Origin: Octopus sinensis
Taxonomy: Eukaryota
Direction of reading: 5' to 3'
Assembly: GCF_006345805.1 (NCBI RefSeq)
Contig: NW_021834012.1
Span: 1-51,834 of the forward strand
Length of the DNA: 51,834 nucleotides
A program made the translations under genes and the position numbers. Positions 12,480 to 23,766 of the stretch are shown one piece after another. Numbering within the stretch: position 1 is the stretch's first letter; each line of letters begins with the position of its first letter. Below the pieces are notes generated by a model, which did no database searches, was not told where the DNA came from, and saw nothing but the letters and a program-made list of their open reading frames with translations.

Positions 12480-13030
12480 TCCAACTGAGAGGCACACTCC
12501 TTCACATGTTTGCAAGTGTCCTGTTAAAGGGGAGAAATACAGATAAAACTGTTAAAGCTGTCCTTGACAAAACTGCCAAACCTCTCCTTGACAAAACTGT
12601 AAAACCTGTCCTTGACAAAACTGTCAAAACTATCCTTGACTAAACTGTAAATCCTGTCCTTGACCAAACTGTCAAACCTCTCCTTGACAATTCTGTAAAA
12701 CCTGTCCTTGACAAAACTGTCAAAACTGTCCTTGACAAAACTGTAAAACCTGTCCTTGACAAAACTGTAAAACCTGTCCTTGACAAAACTGTCAAAACTG
12801 TCCTTGACAAAACTGTCAAAACTGTCCTTGACAAAACTGTAAATCCTGTCCTTGACAAAACTGCCAAACCTCTCCTTGACAATTCTGTAAATCCTGTCCT
12901 TGACAAAACTGTCAAACCTGGTCAGCCCTCAGAGAACTCACAGGAATTGACTCATGGTAACTTGTGATATGGCTATTGTTCCACAACAGAACACGTGCAA
13001 ACATGTGAAAGGGTGTGCCTCTCAGTTGGA
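12480..13030. repeat. 45-bp inverted repeat (12480-12524 / 12986-13030) enclosing array 2
   Basis: Left TCCAACTGAGAGGCACACTCCTTCACATGTTTGCAAGTGTCCTGT; right arm reverse complement TCCAACTGAGAGGCACACCCTTTCACATGTTTGCACGTGTTCTGT; 41/45 identical. Confidence 0.93.
12522..12920. repeat. 24-bp minisatellite array 2 (15 full units plus a partial unit and leader)
   Basis: Same unit and same leader as 9440-9926; 12543-12902 = 15x24. Confidence 0.97.
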
Positions 13031-13611
13031 GGATTGAAAAAGGTATGTGAAAAGTACTCATACTGTGCCACCTGTTTCCTCTGCCAGACAGCACAGCTGT
13101 GCATTATGCAATACAATGTGCAAATATTTGGCGGAGCTCAAGAGTCATACAAGGGACTCACATTGACTCAACAGCGATTCTTTCTAGCAATGGCTTCGCT
13201 CGTATACGAGAAAACAGCCAATATATATATATATATGTGTGTGTGTGTGTATGTATGTATATATGTATGTATTATAGCCACGCAGACATACAGACATAGG
13301 TACATACATACACGCATATTTATTTATTTATGTAACTACATGTGTGCTTTTTGTGTTTGTTCCAGTGTTAGTTTGTTTACGTCCCCTTAGACTAGCGGGC
13401 CCGTAAAAGAGAACGATAATATAAATTATTGGCTTCGATTCGTTCGACTGCAACCCTAGAAGGCGCTGCCTCAGCAGGGCCGCAGTCCAATTCCTGAAGC
13501 AAGTAAAATATAACACATAGGCCAAGGAAGGGTCAAGTATTTTCCATGTCCGGAGGTCCCCATTTTCGAAAACGTTGTGGGGTACGACTGGCGACTATTG
13601 ATCCATTGCAG

Positions 13612-13680
13612 CTGGGGTATCCAGTTCCAGTTACTTCATCTGAAACAAGATTCAGGAACGGGGTAGAATATCTAGCAAAA
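13612..13680 (+). CDS. Candidate coding exon LGYPVPVTSSETRFRNGVEYLAK, product unknown
   Basis: TTGATCCATTGCAG| acceptor, AAA|GTATGT donor, 69 nt, phase 0-0, open frame, non-repetitive. Confidence 0.45.
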
Positions 13681-13835
13681 GTATGTCTTACAAGACTGCT
13701 GAACCAATTTTATACTTTACATTCAAATACCGAACGTTCACTTGAGACAGATCTTACGCTACAATATAAAACACACACGCGCACACATTCACACACACAC
13801 ACACACACACACTCTTTATCTTTAATTATGACATT

Positions 13836-13887
<52 letters not shown>

Positions 13888-14273
13888 GTATGTTTATATA
13901 TCAATCTATCATTATATCTATCTTTCTTTCTATTCCACCCGTGCTTACCTACCACAGTTTAGCCATATTCGTATCTCTGTATTTTTAATTTCCACCCCCC
14001 CTCTCTCTCTCTCTCTCTATCTATCTATCCATCTATCTATTTATATCTGTCTGTCTAGATATCTCTGTCTGTCTGTCTCTCTGTCCAGCATGTCTACACA
14101 TCTGTCTGCTGTCAACCTGCCGGTCCGTCTATTTCCCTCAATGCCTGTATCTGTAGATTTGTTGGTCTCATTGTCCGTGTTTCTGCCTAAATCTATAACT
14201 CTATTTATCTATATCTAGTTATCTTTACATACCTCTTTCTCTCCATCAATCTATCTATCTATCTATCTATCTA

Positions 14274-14312
<39 letters not shown>

Positions 14313-14459
14313 GATCATTCAATCTCTTCGTGGACTTAAGCATCCTTCTATATGTTTATTTCTTCGTCCATCTATCCAGCTATCTATTTTCTCTATCGAT
14401 TTTCCGTATCTATTTTCTCTCCCTCTCTGTCTCTCAATCACTCTCTCTTCTATCCTCAG

Positions 14460-14498
<39 letters not shown>

Positions 14499-14656
14499 CT
14501 GCCTATTTGTCTGTCTATATATCTGTCTAATCACCCACTCCTTTCATGTAAATACGTATCCATCTATATTTCTATCTCACCATCCGTTCTATTTCCTCTA
14601 TCTATCTACCCCTCACTCTCTCTCTCTCTCTGATTCTCTCACACATTTTCTCTCCT

Positions 14657-14708
<52 letters not shown>

Positions 14709-15011
14709 CCACCTTTTCATTCCGCCTTTCTACATCTCGGCATCTGTTCTCGTGTTGTCTCTCCTCTTCGGCTTCCATCTTACGAACTGCACCAACTGCA
14801 CATGTAGATTCAGCAACTGCTGCTCTCGTTGCATTTCTTGTTCTTCTTGCTGTCATTCTCACTCTAGTAGCAGCAGCAGCAGCGGCAGCAGCAGTAGCAA
14901 TAACAGTAATAGCAGCGGCAACAGCTGTATAGTAGTAGCAGTAGTAATGGCGGTGATGGTGGTGATCATGATGGTGGTGGTGGTGGTGGTGGTGGTGGTG
15001 GTGGTGGTGGT

Positions 15012-15064
<53 letters not shown>

Positions 15065-15115
15065 TTGCTGTTACTAAGATGCTTCTCTAAAACGGAGTGA
15101 AAAACGTTGCTGCTA

Positions 15116-15520
15116 TTTAACCCCAGGTCGAATTCGAATGAGCAGATGCAGGATACAGCGATTTCCATTCAGCCATAGCTCCCAAAGCAATCGCAGCATC
15201 TTTTATAGAGCTTTCAGGAATGGTGTATCTAGGACTACCTTACACAATATGTTCTTCGTGCTTTTGCTTTTCTAAAGAATAGTTGCCGGCTGGTTTTGGC
15301 TGCTATTTCTAGCCGTTAGAGCGATCGCATATAGGTTTCCCTCACCCCCTCTTTGGCGTGTGTCCGCCTATGATCCTTGCTTCGAGTATACACTTTCGGG
15401 AATAGTGTATCTAGGACTACATTATACAATATGTTCTTCCTGTCTTAGTCGTTTTTAAGAGTAGTTGCCGGGTGGTTCGGCTGTTATTTCTTGCCAAGCA
15501 TAGAGGCTTCCGTCGCTGAC
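15116..15520 (+). mobile_element. Interspersed repeat family F, with an internal tandem duplication of about 100 bp
   Basis: GTGTATCTAGGACTAC..ACAATATGTTCTTC..TAGTTGCCGG..GGCTG(C/T)TATTTCT(A/T)GCC occurs at about 15212-15313 and 15394-15494. The TTGCTGYTATTTCTAGC motif recurs near 16380, 27815 and 40095 (minus). Confidence 0.7.
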
Positions 15521-15994
15521 ATATGTCACTAGTTATTGTTATTGGTGGTGGTGGCGGTGATGGTGATGATGGTGGTGGTGGTAGTGGCGCCGGTTTTGGT
15601 GGTGGTGGTGATGGTGGTAGTAGTGGTGGTGATGCTGGTAGCGGTTGTAGTGATGATGGTAGTTGTTTCAGTATTAACGGTGGTGTTGGTAGTAATGGTT
15701 GTGGTTTTGGTAATGGAGGTAGTATAAGCAATAGTAGCAATGGTGTTAGCGGTTAAGCCTAGAGGTAGTATAGGTGTTAGTGGTGTTAGTATGTGTTAGA
15801 GGTAGTATAGGTAGTTAGTGGTGTTAGTGTGATTAGTGTTATTGCTGGTGTTGTGGTAGTAATAGTGGTATCAGTGTTGGTACGGTGGTGAAGTTGGTTG
15901 CAGATGTAGTGGTGGTGTTGAAGGTTAGATTCCGGTGGTGGTGGTGGTGTGTCTACTGCTGCTGCTACTGCTACTACTACTGTTGATGATGTTG

Positions 15995-16420
15995 TATAAC
16001 CCCAGGGCAGTTCTGATCCAGCAGATTTATGGTCAAATCCGTTCCATTAGTGACCACCTTATATATTTGTACAGATTTCAAATTTTGGCACGATGCCAGC
16101 AATTTCGGGGGCGTGGAGAGGTTAAGACAATTACATCGACCCCACCTCCCTAATGCTCAACTGGTACTCATTTTATCGATCCCGGTCCGAAATTATTAAA
16201 GGCAAATCGACTTCGTGGAACTTGAACTCAGAATGCAAAGACGGACCAAATGTCGCTAAGCATTTTGTCCGGCGTGCAACTGGCTCCGCCAGCTCTCCAC
16301 CTTCATCTTGCGCTATATTATGTAATATATTCACCCGTGTTGTATGTTAAATAGGTAAGGTGAGGGTATTGGCGGAAAATTTGCTGTTATTTCTAGCAAG
16401 ACCAGTGAGCATCTTGCACG
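15995..16420 (+). mobile_element. Family F copy split by a minus-strand SINE B (16075-16301)
   Basis: 5' part TAACCCCAGGGCAGTTCTGATCCAGCAGATTTATGGTCAAA; 3' part TTTGCTGTTATTTCTAGCAAG near 16380; SINE B reverse complement lies between them. Confidence 0.6.
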
Positions 16421-17192
16421 ATGGGGATGGGGTGGCGGTTAGATGATGGTGGTGGATGATGGTGGCGGAATTTCAGTTTGTACAGTGAGCGGGGTAGTGG
16501 TGGTGGTGACGGTTGTTGTTGTTGATCCTGCTGCTGCTATTGTTGCTGTTGTTGTTGTTGTTATTGTTGTTGTTGCTGTTGTTCTTGTAGGTGGTGGTGG
16601 TGGTGGTAGAGATGTCTTTAGCAGTTGCAATGGCAGCGGCAAGTGGCACGTTGTAGAGGGGATGCTTGTCGCGTATATAACGGGTACAAATACGTTAATG
16701 AGGACGAAGTGGAGGGGTGGGATTAGGAGGAGGTGGTGGAGAAGGTGAAGGAGGAGGTGGGGGAGGAGGAGGAGGAGGGGGAGGACGACGAAGACGACGA
16801 CGACGACAAAGGCGACAATGATGGCGTCGATAATGCTGATGCTGTTGCTGATGATGATGGTGGTTGTGGTAAGAATGATAATGTTGATGACGATGATGAT
16901 GGTGATTGTGATGGTGGCGATAGTGATGATCGGGATCATTTGGGTCATAAAAAGATGCTGGAAGTGTGTGCGTGTGTGGGCGTGGGGAGCGCGTGTGTGT
17001 GTGTGTGTAACACTGCTATATTGTTATTATTGCTAATATGCCCTCATCCATAGCCCTTGAACCGGATTAAAGGAAAGATTATCTGCTGAACTGGAGCTAT
17101 GTCAAAACAGCTATTATCACGTATAGGACGGATCTGGCTCCTGCCTCCACGCAATCCGGCGTGAGGATCTCACGACTGCTTTTCTGTAATAG

Positions 17193-17326
17193 GACAAGGC
17201 AAGAAGATTTCCTCTACCTGTTGGCTCTTGGGAAAGAGGTTGCGTTGTACTCTACAACAAGACGCAGGTGCTTCTATCTTCATTTAAGCCCTCGTCAACA
17301 TTTTCAAGTTCCATTTGGAGAGAAAG
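17193..17326 (+). CDS. Candidate coding exon (DKARRFPLPVGSWERGCVVLYNKTQVLLSSFKPSSTFSSSIWRE), product unknown
   Basis: CTTTTCTGTAATAG| acceptor, AAG|GTAAGA donor, 134 nt, two of three frames open. Confidence 0.4.
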
Positions 17327-17392
17327 GTAAGAGCAGAGAGGAAAGTTCTTTGATCCTGTGAATTTATGAAACCGTAGACGACTGTCACAAAA

Positions 17393-17533
17393 ATGGCTGA
17401 AAGAATGAAAGAATGGATTGAAATTATACTAAGCATGCATCCATTGGTTAGAAAATATCAGCAAAGCGTGTTCATCCTGGCCCTCGGTGACCGAGGTGAA
17501 CTTAGATCTGTTGGGTTTCCTGTTACTCCAATG
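17393..17533 (+). CDS. Candidate coding exon (MAERMKEWIEIILSMHPLVRKYQQSVFILALGDRGELRSVGFPVTPM), product unknown; 5' boundary uncertain
   Basis: 47 open codons ending at the strong donor ATG|GTGAGA. The 5' end could be AAAATG at 17393, or an acceptor at 17378 or 17404. Confidence 0.4.
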
Positions 17534-17718
17534 GTGAGATCATCCATTCGTATACAACACTAAAATTTAATCTTATTCTTCCTTTTTTAGTTTCTCTTTC
17601 ATCCTCATCTAATTCTATGTAACTTCCACAACTTAGTTTCATAATATCCCTTTCGTCACAGAGTTTATTGATACCATTCTAATAAAAGGCTGTTGGGTGG
17701 GGGAAGGTAAATACATAC

Positions 17719-17858
17719 CTGGACGTGTTGGTAGGTTTGTAGTTCGGCAACTGCAGTACTACTGATGACTTCCAGAATGCTATAGATTGGTAGTGCAACC
17801 AATTTAAACAGCCCATTCGAAACGAACTTGATAGGAACGGAAGTGATGTTAGGTAGGA
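17719..17858 (-). CDS. Candidate minus-strand exon (LPNITSVPIKFVSNGLFKLVALPIYSILEVISSTAVAELQTYQHVQ)
   Basis: Minus strand CCCTTCTCTGCTGTGCATCTCAAACAG| ... CAG|GTATGT, 140 nt, open frame. No homology recognised. Confidence 0.3.
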
Positions 17859-19187
17859 CTGTTTGAGATGCACAGCAGAGAAGGGATCAGTTCTTAACGA
17901 ACATGTTCAGATTTCGTAGTCTGTGAAGTTATGTCGAACATATCTGTCGTTGAATGTAAGAGAAAATGGCTATCGGCTGTGACCACTGTGACTACGGCTT
18001 ACAGCCTTCTTTAATAAAGTTAAGCAGCCAGTTTTCTGCCTGGTAACGATGGAGAAAGAGTTCGTTTATTGGATGATACTAACAGGACAGACACTCTCAA
18101 TATTGATCAAGCCCTAATCTATTTTTTTTAAGGTTCTAATTGAAGAAAGGGTTCTCATGCGTTCTCCATATGATCCTTGTGGAGCTACATAAAATTACGT
18201 TGTTAAAACTGGTTAAAACGTCTTATTTTATAGAATCCCTAATAATATTTAATTACAAAACTTTAATAGAATTTATTTGAACATTGAATTGCTATGAAAG
18301 TCCATCCGAGTAAAATCGGATTCAAAGAGGTCCATTGGCAAAAAAAAAATACATGGTCGAGAGTCACTGGTATAGACAAAAGCAGTCTTTCCTTTTGATT
18401 TTACCAAAGGCGTATGAGTGTGGCGAAAACTAAGAGATCAGATGCAGCAACTCAAACATGCACGTTTAGATCGGAAACAACAGTTGGAAGAATATCATTG
18501 CCCTTGGTTGTCAGGATTAAAATAGATCTCTGGGCTTTCCTGACTTGTATTATTTCGATGACTTTCATCATCAAGAAAACTGTACCATCCGTGTGTTTAT
18601 ATATTATATATACTTCTTAACGTTTTATCTCTTTCGTTATATTTTCCACATTTTATCTACCGTTTCCTTGTATCACTTCCTTCAACTAACGACTCTGTTA
18701 GTAATATCAGAAATCCTCGTCATAATATTTTCCTACCCCAAGATATCCTTTTCCTCTTACCTGGGGGTATAAAGATAGTGTGCCCCCATGAACATTTTCA
18801 TATTGCATATTTGCTTAAACATTCGTTTCTTCATAATTCAAGATGGCTTCTTGTCGTTACTGTAGCGGTGAGAGAGATACGAATCTCAGAAAAGTTGCAG
18901 GGAATACACCCCCAAGAGAATATTTATAGAAACAACACAGTTAAAAAAAAGGGAAAAAAACGTAAACAGAAAACAAAGACAACACCAAAACAAACACGAA
19001 TATTTGTACTTTACAAAACACACTTTTATTACAGTTGCACAAAGCAAGGCCATAGCAAACACGGACTAATGCGCTGTGACAAATATATTTCACAATGAAG
19101 TCAATAATGATGGCTTTGCTAATGATGTGAGCCAGAGGCAAGTGTTGGAAATGGGTTTCCTTCAGCAAAAATAAACAAAACTAGTAA

Positions 19188-19820
19188 AAAGCTTGCTTGC
19201 CAACCACATGGTTCCAGGTTCAGGCCCACTACGTTGCTACTTGGGCAAGTGTCTTTTGTATTATAACCACGAGCCGACCAAATCATTGTGAGTGGATTTG
19301 GTAGACGGAAACTGAAAGAAGCTCGTCATATATATATAATAGAAATATGTTACAAAAAGAAAATAGAAACTACACGTGGAAATGTAAGCGCAAAGTAAGA
19401 AGAAAAATAAGCGAAAATGCACATTGGAAATCAAAAAATTGTAAAGGCTTTTTATGAAAAGTAGCGATAGATATATACAATTAGATGAACTGAGGTAGGT
19501 ATAAAAGTAATAAAAGTTATTATTGTGAATTGTTAGAGAGATTCAAAAGCATACCGGTTTTGTAAATTTACTAATCATTGCTTTGAATGGGGGGTGCATC
19601 TGTCTCTGTGCCTCTGTTTGTCACCCACTACCGCTTGACAACCAGTATTGGTGTGTTTATGTCACCGTAACTTAGCAGTTCAGCAAAAGAGACAGATAAC
19701 ATAAGCATCAGGTTTAAATAAACAAAAGAAAAGTACTGGGGACGATTCGTTGGACTAAAATTCCTTAAGGCTATGCTACAGCATGGCCGCAGTCTAATGT
19801 CTGAAACAAGTACAAGATAA
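19188..19820 (+). mobile_element. SINE family A split: head 19188-19330, tail 19598-19820
   Basis: Head CCAACCACATGGTTCCAGGTTCAG..GGTAGACGGAAACTGAAAGAAGC; tail GCTTGACAACC..CATGGCCGCAGTC..GAAACAAGTA; about 270 bp of AT-rich sequence between. Confidence 0.8.
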
Positions 19821-20109
19821 CACGTAAAAGGAATACGAACATTGGATGTGCTTCTTTCCGTTTGAAAGACATCCTGTAACTAGTAAGGAGGAGAGTAACG
19901 TCCCTAGAATGCTGAAATCGGAGAGAGAATCCATGTAGCCCCAAAGGAGCAGTTAGAAGAAGCTCTCGCCGATACGTAAACAAAATGGGTTGCATCGACT
20001 GCAGCAGGGTTTTCGGTCTTAAAGACTTTAAGGGAATGTCTTAAGTCGTTAAGGCTGAAGACGGGAGGAAACGATGGCTGAGGATGATGTACTAATTATC
20101 TTTTTACAG

Positions 20110-20159
20110 GTTGGCGTTCCGATACAGCGTGATGGAATATACAGGCATAATGGTTATGG
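20110..20159 (+). CDS. Candidate small coding exon (VGVPIQRDGIYRHNGY(G))
   Basis: Branch-point-like TACTAAT at 20090-20096, then TATCTTTTTACAG|; donor TGG|GTAGGG is moderate. Confidence 0.35.
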
Positions 20160-20224
20160 GTAGGGAGCTGGGTCTGTTACATTTGTTGCACGAACAAATG
20201 TTTGCTTGTGTAAATAAATGTATA

Positions 20225-20264
<40 letters not shown>

Positions 20265-20265
20265 T

Positions 20266-20311
<46 letters not shown>

Positions 20312-20503
20312 TAAGTATACGTCTATCTAGGTACGTGCTGTTGGTGGTTTTTTTCCGTCGTTGGACTTTTCCATTTGCCTTTCCGACGAAGCCCCATGTT
20401 CAAAAAGCCAAAATCTCTCTTTTTTTATCGCTGGGCGTCAAAGTAATACATTCTATTTGTTGTTTCTAATTATTATTTTCAATATTCGCTTACTTGATAT
20501 GAC

Positions 20504-20535
<32 letters not shown>

Positions 20536-20716
20536 GTGGTGTGTGTGTGTGTGTGTGTGTGTGTGTTGTGTGTGTGTGTGTGGGTGTGTATACGTATATA
20601 AATTGTTTACTTGCTTTTAAGTTACGGAACAATTTGAAGTGATGTTAGAATTTTCTTACCGTTAAATAAAATTTCATCAAATTATTTCTCTGTCATTTGT
20701 GACTTTATACACTTTG

Positions 20717-20977
20717 GAGTAAAGGTTGTTTGCCAACATAACATGGCAGTCCTAGTTTAGGATGAATGCTACTGTAATTTAGCCCCAGGAGACATCGTCT
20801 CCAGCTTGGTTATACGACACGATCTGTATGCTTATATTTTCGAACAAGCTGAGTGGGGGTGGTAGATTCCCTTGTTCGAAAATATATGGACACAGACGAT
20901 GTCTCCTGGGGCTAAATTACAGCAACATTCGCCCTAAACCAGGACTGCCATGTTATGTTGGCAAACAACCTTTACTC
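20717..20977. mobile_element. Foldback MITE-like element, about 84-bp terminal inverted arms plus a 16-bp inner inverted repeat
   Basis: GAGTAAAGGTTGTTTGCCAACATAACATGGCAGTCC...GGAGACATCGTCT (20717-20800) is inverted at 20894-20977; TATATTTTCGAACAAG 20833-20848 / CTTGTTCGAAAATATA 20871-20886. No clear TSD. Confidence 0.85.
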
Positions 20978-21060
20978 AAAATAAGTTATTGTTCGTTAAA
21001 GATAACTAGTACGGGAATCTTTTGATATCGCCTCGAATACATACATATATACATACATAC

Positions 21061-21132
<72 letters not shown>

Positions 21133-21139
21133 TTACGTT

Positions 21140-21311
21140 TGTGTATGTTACCCACCACGACCAGTGTTGGTATGTTTCCGTCCCCATAGCTTGATTGTTC
21201 GGCACTAGTACTAGGCTTTTAACAACAAAATTCTGGGGTCGATATTTTCCCACTAAAACCCTTCAAGGCGGTGCCCCAGAATGGCTGCACCCAGTTGACT
21301 GAAAAGAGTAA
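21140..21311 (+). mobile_element. SINE family A 3' part, degraded (further fragments at 25670-25742 and 28320-28480)
   Basis: ACTAAAACCCTTCAAGGCGGTGCCCCAGAATGGC..GACTGAAAAGAGTAAA. Confidence 0.7.
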
Positions 21312-21385
21312 ACAATCAAATATTTTAAAGGTATCAAAACACCAAAAAAACAAAAACTCAAACAAGAAAAAATTATACATAATCT

Positions 21386-21594
21386 TTTCTACTCTTGGCA
21401 CAAGGCCCGAAAATTTTGGGGGAGGGAGCCAGTCGACTAGATCAACCCCAGTATACAACTGGTACTTAATTCATCGTCCCCGAAAGGATAAAAGGCAAAG
21501 CCGACCCCGGTAGAAATTGAACTCAGAGCATAAAGACAGACGAAATACCGCTAAGCATTTCGCCGGGAGCGTTAACGTTTCTGCCAGCTCGCCG
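21386..21594 (-). mobile_element. SINE family B
   Basis: GGCACAAGGCCCGAAA..CCCCAGT..ACTGGTACTTAATT..CCCGAAAGGATAAAAGGCAAAG..TTGAACTCAGA..GCTAAGCATTTCGCC..CTGCCAGCTCGCC. Confidence 0.88.
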
Positions 21595-21982
21595 AATACA
21601 TATTTCATACAGTCTCACTGACACAGTAGAATTTTCGGTTAGGATCAATCAAAAGATTCCAACCAACAATAGATGGCAGACGGATCGCGCTACCAGCTGT
21701 TGCTCTGTGACCTATAGTTTCATGCCTAGAGTAGTTCCTTCGATTCGAACCAAGTTTGCAGCCGTTATCCGTCCACCTTTTAACATTTTCATTTTGAGCA
21801 GTGTTTTGCTGTCATATTTTGCCTATGGACCTCTTTCATTCGTAATTTTCTCAGATGAAATCTTATAGATATTTTATGTACATTAAAAGAAATACCTCTC
21901 TTTTGTCATAATTAAATATTATAAGAAATTGTATTAAAAAAATGTTTAAATATTTGGTGTGTTGTAGAAATACAAACAACGT

Positions 21983-22284
21983 TGTGAAAGCGCTCACGAT
22001 CGAAAGGTCGTGAGTTCAATTCCCGGCGACGCGTTGTGTCCTTGAGCAAGACATTTTATTTCGCGTTGCTTCAGTACACTCACCTGGCGAAAATGAGTAG
22101 TACCTGTATTTCAAAAGGGCCAGCCTTGCCACACTGTGTCACACTGAATCTTCCCCGAGAACTATGTTATGGGTACATGTGTCTGTGGAGTACTCAGCCA
22201 CTTGCACGTTAATTTCACGAGCAAGCTGTTCCGTTGATCGGATCAGCTGGGACCCTCGTCCTCGTAACCGACGGAGTGATCCTA
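21983..22284 (+). mobile_element. tRNA-derived SINE, family C (CORE-like centre), 5'-truncated head
   Basis: B box GAGTTCAATTCCC; TGTGTCCTTGAGCAAGACA; 3' half shared with 44298-44480; degenerate TSD TTGTAGAAAT..AA.CAACGT at 21962-21982 and 22285-22305 (18/21). Confidence 0.85.
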
Positions 22285-22531
22285 TTGTAGAAATCTAAGC
22301 AACGTACTAGACGTAAATTTTATCAATAAAATCTTATAAGGACCCCTGAGAGCCATACGGACCCCGGTTGGGAACCACTGATTTTGGGGATCCAGTCTTA
22401 AATTATTTCTCTCCTACTTTTTAAACGTTGTCATATGAGGGAGATTACTTACTACCTTTAGCAAGTAAAATCTCCAGGCATTGTTCCGATCTGTTGGTGT
22501 TGTTATTATTGACATAATTTACTTATGATCA

Positions 22532-22596
22532 ATGGCAATCCAGCCATGACAATCCAGCCATGACAATCCAGCCATGGCAATCCAGCCATGACAATC
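22532..22596. repeat. 14-bp tandem repeat, about 4.5 units, within a family F fragment
   Basis: (RCAATCCAGCCATG)n preceded by TTATGATCAATGG. Confidence 0.85.
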
Positions 22597-23081
22597 AATT
22601 CTAGATTTTATATTAACATGTCGATTTTTTTTTCCAAGAGAGTTCAGTTGTGGATCTTAGAGGACGATACGGCTACTAATTCTAGCGAATCAACAAACGA
22701 TATAGAGCTTTTTCGTTCATTCTGATGGTGGTGGTGCTGTTTCTGCTTCTGCTGCTGCTGCTGCCGCCACGGCTGCTGCTTGTGGTGGCGGAGTCGATGG
22801 TATCGTTGAAGATGCTATGTAGTTGTGTTCTTTGCGATGTTGCTGCTGCTGTTGTTGCTGCTGCTGCTACTGCTTTTCCTGCTGGTGGTGATGCCACGCT
22901 GCTGCTGCTGCTACAACTACAATTGTAGCAGTCAGCACAATGTGGTTGGTATGTTCCTCAGTAACTAAACATTTGTCGGAATGTGAATAACCGATGAAAC
23001 TGGAGAGAAAGAGAGAAGTAGAGAAAAAGAGAAAGATACTGAGTGTGTATAGGGAAGAGAGGGAGAGGGAGAGGAAGGTTT

Positions 23082-23237
23082 CAAGGGGAGAGTAAGGCTA
23101 TAAGGGGAGAGTAAGGTTATAAGGGAGTGTAAAACGATAAAGGGAGTGTGAGGCGATAAAGGGAGAATGAGGCTATAAGGGAAGAGTAAGGCTATAAGGG
23201 AAGAGTAATACGATAAAGGGAGAGTAAGGCGATAAGA
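23082..23237. repeat. Purine-rich minisatellite, unit about 19 bp, about 8 units
   Basis: Units resemble AAGGGAGAGTAAGGCTATA. Confidence 0.85.
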
Positions 23238-23734
23238 GGTGGGGTGAGGGTAAAGTGTCTGATATATTAATATAGGAGTAAAGGAGAAAATGAGAGGAGA
23301 GAGGAGAAGAGAGAGGAAAATATTGGGAGAGAAAAGTGTAAAAGGATAGGAGGGAGTAGGTTATAGTATGAGGGAGAGACAGAGAGAAGGAGAGAGACAG
23401 GAAGAGAGTGAAGAAAGAGAGAAGAGAGAAGAGCGAGTAACAAAGAATAAAACATGGATTGAGAGATAAAAGAAAAATGCAAGGGAAGATGGATGAATTA
23501 TAGACAATTATGTAGACATATATGTGTGTTAAGTATGTGTGTGTATATGTGTGTATGTACTCTGTGTGTGTGTGTGTGTGAAAGTGTGTGTGATACAGAT
23601 GTTCTTAGTCGAAAGGCTAATATGTAAGTATGTGTATATATATGCATGTATGTATACGTATATGTATATATATATATATATATTGATAAAAATCGTAAGA
23701 AAACAAAATAAAGAAATAGACCTATTACATTTAC

Positions 23735-23766
<32 letters not shown>

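Noticed and set aside
18405-18520. Coiled-coil-like peptide WRKLRDQMQQLKHARLDRKQQLEEY after a good acceptor
   Set aside because: An in-frame TGA follows immediately after the acceptor, and no convincing donor is present.
20055-20075. CTGAAGA...GAAAC hammerhead-like spacing
   Set aside because: Stem II cannot fold, there is no GUH triplet, and no stem I.
21613-21867. About 80 open codons in phase 2 that could follow exon 20110-20159
   Set aside because: The acceptor is weak and abuts a SINE end, there is no clear donor, and no recognisable homology.
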